This document shows, in pieces, positions 34,581 through 49,167 of a stretch of DNA of 54,930 nt. Each line of letters starts with the position of its first letter. The stretch's first letter is position 1. The translations under genes were made by a program, and so were the position numbers. The notes under the pieces were generated by a model, which saw nothing but the letters and a program-made list of their open reading frames with translations, was not told the DNA's origin and did not search any database. Origin of the DNA: Octopus bimaculoides. Lineage: Eukaryota. The stretch lies in NCBI RefSeq assembly GCF_001194135.2, contig NC_068993.1:39650448-39705377 (forward strand), read 5' to 3'.

Positions 34581-34789
34581 ATATTATAGGAGATATTCTA
34601 GGAGATATTATTAACTGATTATAAGAGTTGATTAATTCCCTAGATGACGAAAAATTAAATGCAGACATAAGTTAAATTATTTATATAATAAGTTTAGTTA
34701 AGTTGTATATTTATATGAACACTAGTTTATGTTACTAATTGTTCTAGTTATGATTTGTAGTAGTAGAATGTGTATAAATTAGCATTTTA

Positions 34790-34960
34790 AGTAAATGATA
34801 TACTACAGTTAATTTTTTCCTTATTCTCACATCTAAAATACAGTAAGTCATCTTAACGGTTTAAATACATATTTCTATCTCATTATTCCATAATTTTTTA
34901 TTTACGCCGTATTTTAACGCGATATATTTCTTATAAACGTTAAGTTCTAGTATTACGTTT
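34790..34960 (-). mobile_element. Possible inverted Penelope C-terminal fragment
   Basis: Minus strand reads KIME**DRNMYLNR*DDLLYFRCENKEKI, loosely like the Penelope terminal EK..I...D..LLNKR.EL..KCRH..K motif; heavily decayed. Confidence 0.4.
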
Positions 34961-35694
34961 AAAATATACGTTTAAAATTTTAGTTTACAGCAATTCTTCG
35001 ATAAGATAAGTTGTGTTTTTATTTTAAGAAATATTGTTAAATGTTTTTCAATTATTTATTTATTTATTGTTAAAACAAATATTTTTTTTAATATATATTT
35101 AGATATTTAGTATAAGTTACAATCTGTACATTGATTTTTTATTATTATTTTATTTTATTTTAGACCTGATGAGTGACTATATTTCTGAATGGATTTAACT
35201 GTAGATCGATTTGACTATTAATAGAATTATTAGTTGAATTGGTTTTAGTACTTATCTATTTGAAAATATAGCCACAAAATGTGCGTAGTCATTTTATACC
35301 ATTTACTAGTTATTCTTTTTGTATTTTATTGATTTTTTGAATAAGGTTTTTAAGATATATTTATTTTCTGGAGGGTATGAATTAATTCTTCTTTATTGAA
35401 TTATTTAATAGTGGTTTTTCTTTAAATTATATACATATATTTTATATTGAGAAATTTGATTCAGCATTGCTAAATTGAATTTTTCCTTGATTCAATGAGT
35501 TGGTCGTCTAGTTGACCGAACTGGACACTCCTACTTTAACAGGAGAGCACATAATTGCTAGAAAAAAAACGCAAGTTTCTGATGGCCATGATTTCAAACG
35601 GTTTCATTATAAGTCTGTTGAATAGGGTTTCTGATCTGGAGTGAAATAGTAATTATAAAAATAACAACAACAACAACAACAATAATAAAAATAA

Positions 35695-36250
35695 TGATTT
35701 CAAATTTTGGCACTGAGCCAGCAAGTTAGGGGGAGGAGGTAAATCAGTTACCGTATTTGATGGCCTATAAGACGCACCCTTTTTATTTTTACCCCAAAAT
35801 GGCATTAAAAATCCTCCTGCGTCCCGTGTAATATAGGCTCAATATAGGCTCAAAATTCGCTCAAAAGTGTATGTATGTTTGCAAAACGTGTGCTGCCATC
35901 TATTGGTGAACAATCGCTTACGGTATGCTTATATTGAATGTGGATGCAATAAATTGTTTATAATTACCGGTAATAACATAAGGTTATCCAGGTAAGTGGA
36001 AGAATTAAAACATTATTTTAGTGGTAATTTATTTTGCTAAAGTAAAGATTAGGCTAGGGTACGCCCTATGCACTCCTGCGACTTATAGGCTATAAAATAC
36101 GGTACAACAACCCCTTAGTTTTTAACTGGTACTTTTTTTTATCGGCCCCGAAATCGTGAAAGTCAAAATCGACCTCGGCAGCATCTGAACTTAGAACATA
36201 AATGCCGCTATTTTGCCCAGCGTGCTAACGATTCTGCCAGCTCACCGCTT
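35695..36250 (-). mobile_element. Deu/Nin-type SINE split by the pogo-like MITE
   Basis: 3' part 35695-35750 and remainder 36105-36250 join to a normal family copy when the MITE and one TA are removed. Confidence 0.8.
35751..36102. mobile_element. pogo/Tigger-like MITE with TA TSD, inserted into a SINE
   Basis: TIRs CCGTATTTGATGGCCTATAAGACGCA / TGCGACTTATAGGCTATAAAATACGG, TA on both sides; SINE sequence resumes on the far side. Confidence 0.8.
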
Positions 36251-37294
36251 TAACAACGATAAGAATAATAATAATAACAACAACAACAATATGACAATAA
36301 AATTAACTATAATGATTTACAAATATAACATTCATTTCCCAAACAGTTTTATTGAATGGTTTTCGTAAAATAGGTCTATATTTTTCTTAATTTTTGAAAT
36401 TTTAAAAATTTTATTTTCATTTTACTTTTCTGATAGTTTCCCATTATTATTAAACCGGAATTCTGCATATATCATCATTATTACATTGTAAAATGTCTGT
36501 TTGGAAATACTTGCAGCACAAAATCTATATTCTCCAATGAATTGGAGGCATATAGAAACAAAACAACAACACAACATAATACAAAAGTAAAAGAACATAA
36601 ACAAAAACAAAAAACAAAAAAAAAAGCGATGTGAAATATTTCACAAAATAATTCATATTTGTTTTATCACCATTTCTTTCAAAGCTCTATTCTCTTTAAA
36701 CATCTTTCAACTTACTTAATTCAATGTATATTTTCTTTAAATAAAATCTTTTGAAAAATTTTCGCCTGAAAATTTTTCCAAATATCATTGAAGATATTTG
36801 CAGAGATTTTTTTTTAATGTGTTGTTGTTTTCTATTTATTTATTTGTTTGTTTATCTGTAATTCTTTTGTTACGGACGAAGAACGACGGAATTAGCGCTC
36901 GGTTCTTTTGTTTTAGGTTCTGGATATTTCTAATGAAGTAAACTTACATACATGTGTGTGAAACAGATGCACGTATACATTCACGCACAAACAAGCACAC
37001 ACACAAACATACACACACACACACGTATATACATTGAATACACAAAATCAACAAACGCGTGTTAGATATAGTCATAAGCACTGTACAAAACTTTGATATT
37101 GACGTTTATATATATATATATATATATATNNNNNNNNNNNNNNNNNNNNNNNNNNNNNNNNNNNNNNNNNNNNNNNNNNNNNNNGTGTGTGTGTGTGTAT
37201 ACATACATACATACATACAAATATGTGTCTGTATTTATATATACCTTTGTATATGTATACATAACCATTCATATATATATATATTTATATATAT

Positions 37295-37348
<54 letters not shown>

Positions 37349-37477
37349 GCATTCATACACATACACATATATACATATGTTTGTATGTCTTTTATATGCT
37401 TATATAAATATATATTTAGGCATACAGACATATATATACATTTGTATATATATATATGTATATAGATATATATAAAT

Positions 37478-37537
<60 letters not shown>

Positions 37538-38112
37538 GTGTGTGTGTATATATAACGCATAACACGTCCCTATGATACACCGGAATATTATGCCCATCTT
37601 ACATAGAGACCTACATAATCAGCACAAGCACACACATGCGCACAGAAGTCTATTTTTAGTTAGCCATACTGACAATAATTTTACTCGATCGTTCTTCATA
37701 TATAGACACCGGATTCAATGAATGTCTAATATAATAGCATCAGTTTCTACAATGAATACCTCAAACGTTCTGTTACTCTAACTGCTTATTCATTGCTTTT
37801 CAGTGTTGACGCCTGGGTATTTTGCAGACATTTGTACTCTTATTGCTACCTATCGGTAGAAGTTCGGCCATTTGAAATAAAGCTGTAGTCGATCTGAAGG
37901 GCTGCAGGGCTTATATAAGGTTTTCGTCTATGTACTTTCGCACACAGGGCGTAATTCACTCAAGACTAGGAGAATACATTTACCAAACAGTCCACGTATT
38001 GGAATCATACCATCATATTAAATGCGTAGCGAATTATTTAGTCATTCAGAGAGTGTCTATGAAGATATGAGATTTCAAATATTAGGAATATTCACATTTA
38101 TCATAATTTCAC

Positions 38113-38161
<49 letters not shown>

Positions 38162-38411
38162 NNNNNNNNNNNNNNNNNNNNNNNNNNNNNNNNNNNNNNN
38201 NNNNNNNNNNNNNNNNNNNNNNNNNNNNNNNNNNNNNNNNNNNNNNNNNNNNNNNNNNNNNNNNNNNNNNNNNNNNNNNNNNNNNNNNNNNNNNNNNNNN
38301 NNNNNNNNNNNNNNNNNNNNNNNNNNNNNNNNNNNNNNNNNNNNNNNNNNNNNNNNNNNNNNNNNNNNNNNNNNNNNNNNNNNNNNNNNNNNNNNNNNNN
38401 NNNNNNNNNCA

Positions 38412-38493
<82 letters not shown>

Positions 38494-39713
38494 TAGATAG
38501 ATAGATAGATATACACATACATATGTATGTGTGTATGAGTGTGCATGTATGTATATCAAAGAATAGATAAAACCGTACGATCTCTAGAAACTCAACTGTT
38601 TCCATAGAGTTTCATTGTGCACCCATCTTAATAGTAAATACACCAATTTAACAAAAGATCCAACACGTATACGCAAATGGAAGAAGTTAGTAGAAACATT
38701 CCTATAATACGTTTTTTGAGTATTCCATTTTATGAAATATTGCATGAAGTGGGTGATAAGTGTCTATTGGAAAACCGATGTTGAACACATATCGTGAAAG
38801 TATATTATATCTTTCGAAATGCACCTATAAATTGTCTTGCCCGTCCATGTTTACGTCATTCACGGTTACTAATCTTTAAATGATATAAACATACATATAT
38901 ATACATAAAACACAATTATTCATTCATGTTTATTGAGATACATACTTCGAATGGTAGAGTTCATTTATCATCTAGTTTAAGACCAGCCGCCAAGTGGCAC
39001 CTCGTGTCCCTTGTGTACCTTTGGTGAATCGACTCAGCTTGAATCGTTAGGGTTAAGAATCTGGTATATTGAGGCTTTCAGGCCCAGTGAAGTGTTATGG
39101 ACACTGCATGAAACGCTTGCATATAACATACAAAAATGCTATGCCACCTTCTTTTGAAAATATATTTGATTTTGAAAAAAACAAAGCGTGAAAAAAATTA
39201 GATACCACAATAACATGGTGTATTGCAAAAAGGCAAATATATACAACGATTATCCATTTATAACGACTGCTATATATCTGTAACTGAAAAATTCAAGAAG
39301 TTAACACCACCAAACATCTCCAATATTTTCTTTTTGTCTTCAAACGAAGAAATGCATACTTAAGCATAGAGGTGTGACTGCGGATTTCTATAGAAAGACA
39401 CATTGGATCCGCTTTTTATCTGTACACTACTTAGACGTTTCACGCAAGACACATGCACATACCTATATACATATATGTGTATGTGTGCTTATCTATATTT
39501 TTTTTTAATGCGTGTATATCTAGTCATCCAGTGTGCGACGCATTGAGATCGATCTGGAACCTCGTGGCTGTAAACTGAATTCATTAACTACACAACTAAA
39601 TATACAGACGTAAAAAACACAAATGTATGTGTCAGTGTCTGTATGAGTGCATGTACTGATATATGTATATGTATATATATATATATACATATACACGCAC
39701 ATATATGCATGTG

Positions 39714-39745
<32 letters not shown>

Positions 39746-39778
39746 TATATATATATACATATACACGCACATATATGC

Positions 39779-39837
<59 letters not shown>

Positions 39838-40750
39838 TATATATGTATTCATACATATACTTGTATAGATGTATGCAATGTATATACATATATGTACAGA
39901 CACAAGGACGTATGAACACACACGGAGACATAGTGTGTGTATGCGTATGTATTCATACGCAATATTTATGTATCCATCTTTGCGTATGTCAAAACAAACA
40001 AACAAAAAAACTTGGTTTTGTTTCATCAATATTTTCTGTTCAGCTAGATGTTTTGTTGCTAGCTATTTGTTTCAATGTTTCGCTAAAACAATACAGAGGC
40101 ATATTTTCAGTTTGCAATTCCATATATATATTATACGTTCAATAATCGGCCATTATTAAGCGTCTGTGAAGGTATATAAATGATTTAATTCATTATTAAT
40201 AAATTAAACTCTAAATAGTAGAGATCTTCAAAGGCAACTTTGAAACAATCGGTCCTCTTGGGACAGGAATATTTTTGTTTTTGTGTGTATTTACAAAATT
40301 TCTCCTGTTCCATCTTTTTGCTGTTGCTAACACCGTTCCTTTCTGTCTGTTTTCCTCTTTCTGTATCTCTCTCTCTCTCTTTCTTGCTCTTTTATAGAAT
40401 TACTCTGTATCCTTCTCATTCTCTCTTCCCTATTCCCCTCTTTCTTTCTCTGTCTTTTATACACTATAATTTTTCTTTCTCTCCCTTCTTTTATCTTGGA
40501 TAAAATAATGAGCGATCTGTTCTTCGTACATTCTTTGCTCCGACATGTTTACTGTTAAATAATTCTAAAGCTTACAAACGCGCGCGCGCAGATTACTACA
40601 TTTTTACAAATATGTATTTAAATTTACGCGCATGCGAACACACAAGAGCTCTTGTACATCCACACACTTACACACACAAGCTCTCACACACTAGCACACG
40701 TTCACACAACTGTGAGACAGATGCTGATATATACATAATTACATAAGATG

Positions 40751-40786
<36 letters not shown>

Positions 40787-40974
40787 CACACACACACACA
40801 AATATTTTCAGATGTTTGCAGGAACATATTCTACTATGAAATTAGGACGATGGAATAAAAAACATTGTATATTGAATTGGTCAGGGGCAGTGCTAATAAT
40901 CCTTTACAGGAAGTCTGAGACTGGTGAAAGGGAAAGGAGTAGGCCCCCTTCAAGTGGAGACCTGACCTAAAACC

Positions 40975-41380
40975 CTCTGTTCAGAGCATCGGATGAAAAG
41001 CCATGCAGTGCATATTTACACTTCTTCTGGTTGGAGTTCAAATCCCGACGAGGAGGTCAAGAGTCGAGTATTTTTTTAACGTACCAGTAAAAATCAGACG
41101 ACTGGTGAAATCGTTGGAGTGGCAATCAGTGTGTTGTTTTACGTTTCTATTCCGGCTCTTTGCATTCTGAGTTCAAATCCTGCCGAGGTGGTCCGCTTCG
41201 CCTTTCACCCGTCTGGAGTCGAGTATTAATGTACCAGAATTAGTACTGGCACATTAATGGTATTAGTGTACCAATGCAAATCAGAGGACTGGCGGAATCA
41301 TCGGAGCGGAAATTGTTGTGCTGTAATGTCATAGTGTTTGTTCCGGCTCTTTGCGTTTGGGGTTCAAATTCCATCATAGA
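40975..41380 (+). mobile_element. Three head-to-tail truncated, decayed Deu/Nin-type SINE heads
   Basis: Repeats of (G)ACTGG.GAAATC.T.GGAG ... TTCCGGCTCTTTGC...GAGTTCAAAT(C/T)C at ~41035, ~41170, ~41360. Confidence 0.6.
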
Positions 41381-42585
41381 CTACTTGGATGGAGACTTAA
41401 TCCAGTTTAACTCCACTACCAACTGCATTTAGTGGAGGTTACACACAGAGTTATACGCTTTCAGTTCAGGTCTTCTGTTTGAGACACCTTAGCCCTCTGC
41501 TCGTACTTGTTTCATAGGGCTGTAAAGGGTCTATAAACATTCCTTCGTCCCTTGACACACTCACACACACGTATGTTTTGTGTGTGTATGTGTGTGTGCG
41601 TATGAATATGTTTAATTATCACGAATAATGTCGTAATAATCCATGGGAAGAAAAGGCCGAATTTACGATGGACATGCCTTTCTGAAGATCATTTGCTGTG
41701 CAGTATAGCTTTTGTTCTATGAATCCCCAATATCAACCAGCGTATCTCCATCGCTGTCCTCCAGGGTAACGTATTTTCTATTTTGTCTGCTGGTGCCATG
41801 AGAAGTGTCTCTATATTGTGAGAGACAAGATTCTCCGTTTATCTGAGATCACCTATGTATAATATGAAAGAGTGTATGTATTACGGCATTGAACCAGCTC
41901 TTATATTTGAAGTTTTACTGTTTATTCATTAAAGGCAAAAGAAATCTAACTTGTAATCTAACTTTGCAATCTTGATTTTCATTTATTTCCTGTCATTTGT
42001 ACTTTCGGGTCAGTTCAGTGTCAACCGTTATTGATATACACAATAGGAAGAAAGTTGACCATTTTACTGGCCTACAGCTTGATGACTCAATCAACACATA
42101 TTGTCTTAAATATGATTAACTGCGGCATTATTAAATATCACATGTTAAGGCATACGAAATCTTAACTGGAAAGGACCGAAAACTTCATGAGAAATCGTTG
42201 ACTTATCAATTCAGTGAAGCCGTGGATATAAATAATTACCAGAGTAACAAGGCCAGAGCAATAAAGTTTTGAACTGAACGCCAACTGTTGAAAGCAGTGA
42301 ATTCAACATTGATACTAACAAGCGGCGTTTTTATTGCATTATCTGTAATAAAACAAAACAATGTAAACAATGAATAAGGTGAGTGGAAGTGAGTGTGAAT
42401 TCTTTTCTCACTTTATTTGAATTGATTGTGGAAATATATATCCAGTTGCTTGCGTTTACAGCTCTCGTGACTTGAGAGATTTGTTGAAAGCAAGGGAAGG
42501 GCGGATAATATCGTCTTTAACTCTTTATATATATATATATATGTATATATATGTGTGTGTGTGTGTGTGTCTATATAAATGTATA

Positions 42586-42672
<87 letters not shown>

Positions 42673-42759
42673 TCTGTTTTTGCTTTAGATACATGATTTA
42701 TTTATATTTTCGCCATAGTTTATAGTATATTTATTTCTAACAAGCTGTAGGCGTGCTTA

Positions 42760-42960
42760 CTCAAAGCTCACATGGAAGCTTTCTTTCCGTCTTTGCACCC
42801 GTAAATCCATTTATTTTCCACTCCACCAAGCCCCTGAGTATATTGAGTACAGATTTACTAAACCTTGATAACATGCCCAAAATCTTGGAGTTTTCAAGAG
42901 CAGACCATCCCCCATACTGTTTCTCTAAAATTCAATATCTTCACTCTATCGTTATATTAC
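42760..42960 (-). pseudogene. Possible decayed RTE-type C-terminal fragment
   Basis: Minus strand FGHVIK and ILRGLVE resemble the RTE tail (FGH..R ... ILQG.VEG); multiple stops. Confidence 0.25.
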
Positions 42961-43340
42961 TGACACATATCATCTCAGATGAACAGCGATGTTAAAATCA
43001 ACCCCTTTCCCACCCAAGGACATTGAAGTCACAATTTAGAAGGGCAAATATAAACTCCTGAGTATTTGATCAGAAACTCTACTGTTTATATTAGAATTAA
43101 CTTCACTGCCATTCACAAAGCACAGAGATAGTAAAACTGTCTGTCTTCAAACTTTTATCATCAACTTTTATTTTCCTGTAAACAATTAACTGGAAGAAAA
43201 AGAAGGATTGCTAAGTATAAACAGAAATGGAGAAGGTTGTAGAAAGATGGAGTTACGAGAATTTGTGTCCGTGTCTACGTGCATGTATGTGCGCCTATGT
43301 ACCTGTATGTATGTATGTAAGTATGTTTATGTGTGTGTAT

Positions 43341-43391
<51 letters not shown>

Positions 43392-44941
43392 ATTCATTTA
43401 AAATACAGAGATGCCTATAATAGGACATCTGACCCGCTAGAAAGAGCAGCAAAACACTCTATACCACAAAAATAGGGATAATTTCGAAAGAGAATGAAAA
43501 ATAAAAACTTTTACCACATACATACATTCACATACACATACACAATCCGTTAGGATTTCAGATTATAAGTAAAGGGACATAACCCAATATCTCGATGCAT
43601 TGAACTCGGCAACGCAATCGTTCTTCCACTGTAGATTTTGACACAACTTAGTGTAACTTATCTACTTATACAACACTGAGTACCTTTATATTACCCTACG
43701 ATAATACATGAACTAGAGAATGAGGTTCTACGTGCTCAGTTGCTGTTTTAAAGACAGCAGTGAAATCCCTCTTATATTCCATATCTTGCGGTTTAAAAAC
43801 AAAGACGAGCATTGTTGTGCAAGTTGCGCAAGGTACGATGCATTAAATACAATGAATGCTCATAGTTAGAAAGATTTTGATCTTAAGTCTGCCATATCAC
43901 AGTTAAAATGTGTTTAAACATCAGCAACACAAATAACAATAACCGCAAAAACAACAACAGCAGTAACAACACTAAACCCTATTTGTTTAATATTCTTTTC
44001 TATTACAAAACACGTTAAAACTGAAGAAATACAGATAAGGCCACCGCCACGAAATTTCAAGCTCACCAAGTTACAGTATTCCATACATTTGTATTGCATA
44101 ATATTATTTTCAACAACAAAACTAGCCGTAACACCAATAATGAAAAAGAAAAACAACGACAACCATAACAAGAACTGAGTTAACGATGACGAAAGTATAA
44201 AACAGTGACAACAACAAGAGTAGTGGCAGTCGCTGAAGCAACAGCAGTTGCAACAACATAAGCAGTTGATACATCAACTCCCTCGCTCTTTTCACAATAA
44301 CAACTAGCAACAATAACAAGAGCAACAACAAAAAACAATAGCGCCAAATGCCAAACACAACACCAAATGATCATACGAACAGTCAAGTCAAGACTATCAA
44401 ACTTTGTTGCAACTCTCCTGTTTTCGTTGGGAAAAAAAATTCCAGAAAGAATATTTCAAAAGCAAACATTCCTCAACCAATAACAAAGCTGGTGCCTGGT
44501 CTTCATCGCTTCCGCTGAAGAATTCACGACATTGACAAACACAGAGCGAAAAATAGTGAAAAGAGAGAAGAATCAAAGACCATTTTTATTCAACTTTCTT
44601 TTAGCTTTCGAAGGAATTCTTTAAGGAAAGTCTTTAAGAATCGTCCAAAACAATATTTGTCTGCTTCCTTCATCATAACTTCTAAATTTAATGTCTGCTA
44701 CACAATCTCATTCTTCAGACATTTCTCGGTCCACTCCTTAAAATGGCCTGACGGGTTTATTTATTTGTTATTGGACCTAGGAATGGTAATTTTAGTAATC
44801 ATAGCCATTATTCTTTCATTCCATCTGTTTTTCCGTTGATTCTATCATTCAATCACTTAGGCAATCATGTGTTTAGTTCCCTGACGGTTAACATGCACTC
44901 ATATATACTACAAGGGGTAGTATATAACACAAACACACCGA

Positions 44942-45014
<73 letters not shown>

Positions 45015-45753
45015 ATATATATATTATATATATGTAGATATATATATATATATATATATANNNNNNNNNNNNNNNNNNNNNNNNNNNNNNNNNNNNNNNN
45101 NNNNNNNNNNNNNNNNNNNNNNNNNNNNNNNNNNNNNNNNNNNNNNNNNNNNNNNNNNNNNNNNNNNNNNNNNNNNNNNNNNNNNNNNNNNNNNNNNNNN
45201 NNNNNNNNNNNNNNNNNNNNNNNNNNNNNNNNNNNNNNNNNNNNNNNNNNNNNNNNNNNNNNNNNNNNNNNNNNNNNNNNNNNNNNNNNNNNNNNNNNNN
45301 NNNNNNNNNNNNNNNNNNNNNNNNNNNNNNNNNNNNNNNNNNNNNNNNNNNNNNNNNNNNNNNNNNNNNNNNNNNNNNNNNNNNNNNNNNNNNNNNNNNN
45401 NNNNNNNNNNNNNNNNNNNNNNNNNNNNNNNNNNNNNNNNNNNNNNNNNNNNNNNNNNNNNNNNNNNNNNNNNNNNNNNNNNNNNNNNNNNNNNNNNNNN
45501 NNNNNNNNNNNNNNNNNNNNNNNNNNNNNNNNNNNNNNNNNNNNNNNNNNNNNNNNNNNNNNNNNNNNNNNNNNNNNNNNNNNNNNNNNNNNNNNNNNNN
45601 NNNNNNNNNNNNNNNNNNNNNNNNNNNNNNNNNNNNNNNNNNNNNNNNNNNNNNNNNNNNNNNNNNNNNNNNNNNNNNNNNNNNNNNNNNNNNNNNNNNN
45701 NNNNNNNNNNNNNNNNNNNNNNNNNNNNNNNNNTATATATATATATACATACA

Positions 45754-45789
<36 letters not shown>

Positions 45790-46170
45790 TACATATATGC
45801 ACTTTTATGAATATGTGTTGCAAGATTCTCGATGTGAAACCGTGCGTTGAAACAAATATTGTTATATTTCAGGATGGTCATTTGTTTTTTGCGACATAAA
45901 CACACGCACTATATATTCGTTCTCCACTCGTTTATTACTGTTCTTATTCTTTCTTATGTCCATTCTCATGAAATCTCTCGTCACACATATGTAACCTCTT
46001 CAACGACCCTTTCCGTTCACGTGTATTCGCCTAATCCGCTTAAGAACAGTAATAAACAACTGAAGAACGAACATATACTGCCTGTGTTTATCTGCCCCCC
46101 CCCCCAAAAAGAAAATGGCCATCGCGAAATACAACAATGTATATATTTAGATATATACATACATACATAT

Positions 46171-46207
<37 letters not shown>

Positions 46208-46699
46208 NNNNNNNNNNNNNNNNNNNNNNNNNNNNNNNNNNNNNNNNNNNNNNNNNNNNNNNNNNNNNNNNNNNNNNNNNNNNNNNNNNNNNNNNNNNNN
46301 NNNNNNNNNNNNNNNNNNNNNNNNNNNNNNNNNNNNNNNNNNNNNNNNNNNNNNNNNNNNNNNNNNNNNNNNNNNNNNNNNNNNNNNNNNNNNNNNNNNN
46401 NNNNNNNNNNNNNNNNNNNNNNNNNNNNNNNNNNNNNNNNNNNNNNNNNNNNNNNNNNNNNNNNNNNNNNNNNNNNNNNNNNNNNNNNNNNNNNNNNNNN
46501 NNNNNNNNNNNNNNNNNNNNNNNNNNNNNNNNNNNNNNNNNNNNNNNNNNNNNNNNNNNNNNNNNNNNNNNNNNNNNNNNNNNNNNNNNNNNNNNNNNNN
46601 NNNNNNNNNNNNNNNNNNNNNNNNNNNNNNNNNNNNNNNNNNNNNNNNNNNNNNNNNNNNNNNNNNNNNNNNNNNNNNNNNNNNNNNNNNNNNNNNNNN

Positions 46700-46744
<45 letters not shown>

Positions 46745-47093
46745 GTATGTATGTATGTATATATATATTTATAATAATAAATGCATACACATATATAAAC
46801 TGTTTATATTAATGACATACAGAAATGAATAAATATATGTCTTTATATATGTATGTGTATTTACTTTAATATACATGTATGTATTGATGGTACACGCGTA
46901 TGAATGTATTCACGTCAATGCAAGTGCATACATATAAAACTGTATACATGTGTTATTGTATGTATACTTGTAAGCATTGTCCTATATTCCTTACAGATAA
47001 AAACAGTTTGTCTCTATGTCAAATATTAAGATTAGCACCTCTCACAAACCCCAGCTTCCTGTTCCAGTGGTTGCTTAGTTTGTTTCCATTCAG

Positions 47094-47123
47094 GAATTAT
47101 CTCACGGCTTCTAAACCTTCAAC
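47094..47123 (+). CDS. Candidate 30-nt symmetric microexon
   Basis: GTTTGTTTCCATTCAG|GAATTATCTCACGGCTTCTAAACCTTCAAC|GTATGT; phases 1 and 2 open. Confidence 0.2.
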
Positions 47124-47606
47124 GTATGTTTCATATGGAAGAGTGTACAATATTTACAATGGTTTGTAACCAAAAAACAAATAGACATTTCACCGTCATC
47201 TTCTTTTTCTCCTTCTACCCCCTCTCTCTGTCTCTCTCTTTCTTTCACATAAACCTTCCTTTCTTAACACCCACAAGTCAATCGAATATATTCAAAATAT
47301 TACATTTTGATTTCGTTTCATAATATATATTTCAAAGTATTTTTCTTCAAGAATTGAAAACAGTAAAATGAAGAGAAAATGAACAAAAAGGAAGAAAGAA
47401 TGGAAGAAAAACAGAAGAGAAAAAAAACAACTTTACACTTACATTATTTACTTTGGATGGTGAGAGAAAAATATATGCCGTAGACGTTAAAGAAGCAAAC
47501 AAAAATTTGCATTAACGACAACTATAACAAAAACAACATAATAATATTGTTAATGATTGTAAAAGCAAAACAACTTTTACAAATGCTATGCATATATTCG
47601 AGTATG

Positions 47607-47662
<56 letters not shown>

Positions 47663-47961
47663 NNNNNNNNNNNNNNNNNNNNNNNNNNNNNNNNNNNNNN
47701 NNNNNNNNNNNNNNNNNNNNNNNNNNNNNNNNNNNNNNNNNNNNNNNNNNNNNNNNNNNNNNNNNNNNNNNNNNNNNNNNNNNNNNNNNNNNNNNNNNNN
47801 NNNNNNNNNNNNNNNNNNNNNNNNNNNNNNNNNNNNNNNNNNNNNNNNNNNNNNNNNNNNNNNNNNNNNNNNNNNNNNNNNNNNNNNNNNNNNNNNNNNN
47901 NNNNNNNNNNNNNNNNNNNNNNNNNNNNNNNNNNNNNNNNNNNNNNNNNNNNNNNNNNNNN

Positions 47962-48015
<54 letters not shown>

Positions 48016-49134
48016 TCATACGTAAAAGTAATATCCATGTGTATGTGTGTGTATATATATGTATGCATGTTTGTGTTAATATATGTAAGTATAAAGTTAT
48101 GTGTAAAAAAATCTGATGTCTTTGTGTTCGTTCTAGTAATGAATATAAATGTGAAGATAGAAATAATGGCGTGTTTGCGGTCTGACAACAACAACAACAA
48201 CAACAGCAACAACAACATCAACATCAAAAACAACAACAGCTGCAGCAGTGAAGAAGACAAATAAAGTTTTAAAAACAAACCCCAAAACTATTCAGATTTA
48301 AAAAACGAAAAAAGAAAAGCGACTCCACATCTATACAAACTGTAGTTGTATGTTCTTTGAGAAAGAATCATTAAATCTATGAAAAATTGAAGTAAAAGAT
48401 AAATAAATAAAATAAAAGAAGAATTAAGAAAAATGAAGATCGATAATAAGTGACAGAATTGGAAATGAAAGAGAGGAAGATTTAATGAAGAAATGATAAA
48501 AGAAGAACTGAGAATAGGAGTTGTGCTGGTGGTGTAATTGTTCACAGGGGAAAGGGAATGAGGGAGTCTATTGCAAAGTGCCAAATATATGAGAATATCT
48601 ATGTTTATGTATGAATGTATGTATGTATGCAATTATGTACGAGTGCTTTTACACATGCTTATGTAAATGTATATAAGTATGCTTATATATGTGTGTGTGT
48701 GAGTGTATACGCATGTATATATATTTATACCCTTACATTTGGTTCTTTGCAATAAACTGACACCCGAGTTATATATGTATATATATATATATATNNNNNN
48801 NNNNNNNNNNNNNNNNNNNNNNNNNNNNNNNNNNNNNNNNNNNNNNNNNNNNNNNNNNNNNNNNNNNNNNNNNNNNNNNNNNNNNNNNNNNNNNNNNNNN
48901 NNNNNNNNNNNNNNNNNNNNNNNNNNNNNNNNNNNNNNNNNNNNNNNNNNNNNNNNNNNNNNNNNNNNNNNNNNNNNNNNNNNNNNNNNNNNNNNNNNNN
49001 NNNNNNNNNNNNNNNNNNNNNNNNNNNNNNNNNNNNNNNNNNNNNNNNNNNNNNNNNNNNNNNNNNNNNNNNNNNNNNNNNNNNNNNNNNNNNNNNNNNN
49101 NNNNNNNNNNNNNNNNNNNNNNNNNNNNNNNNNN

Positions 49135-49167
<33 letters not shown>

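Noticed and set aside
33900-35500. Very AT-rich block as a mitochondrial insertion or viral DNA
   Set aside because: Translation matches Penelope motifs; no mitochondrial gene or tRNA pattern recognised.
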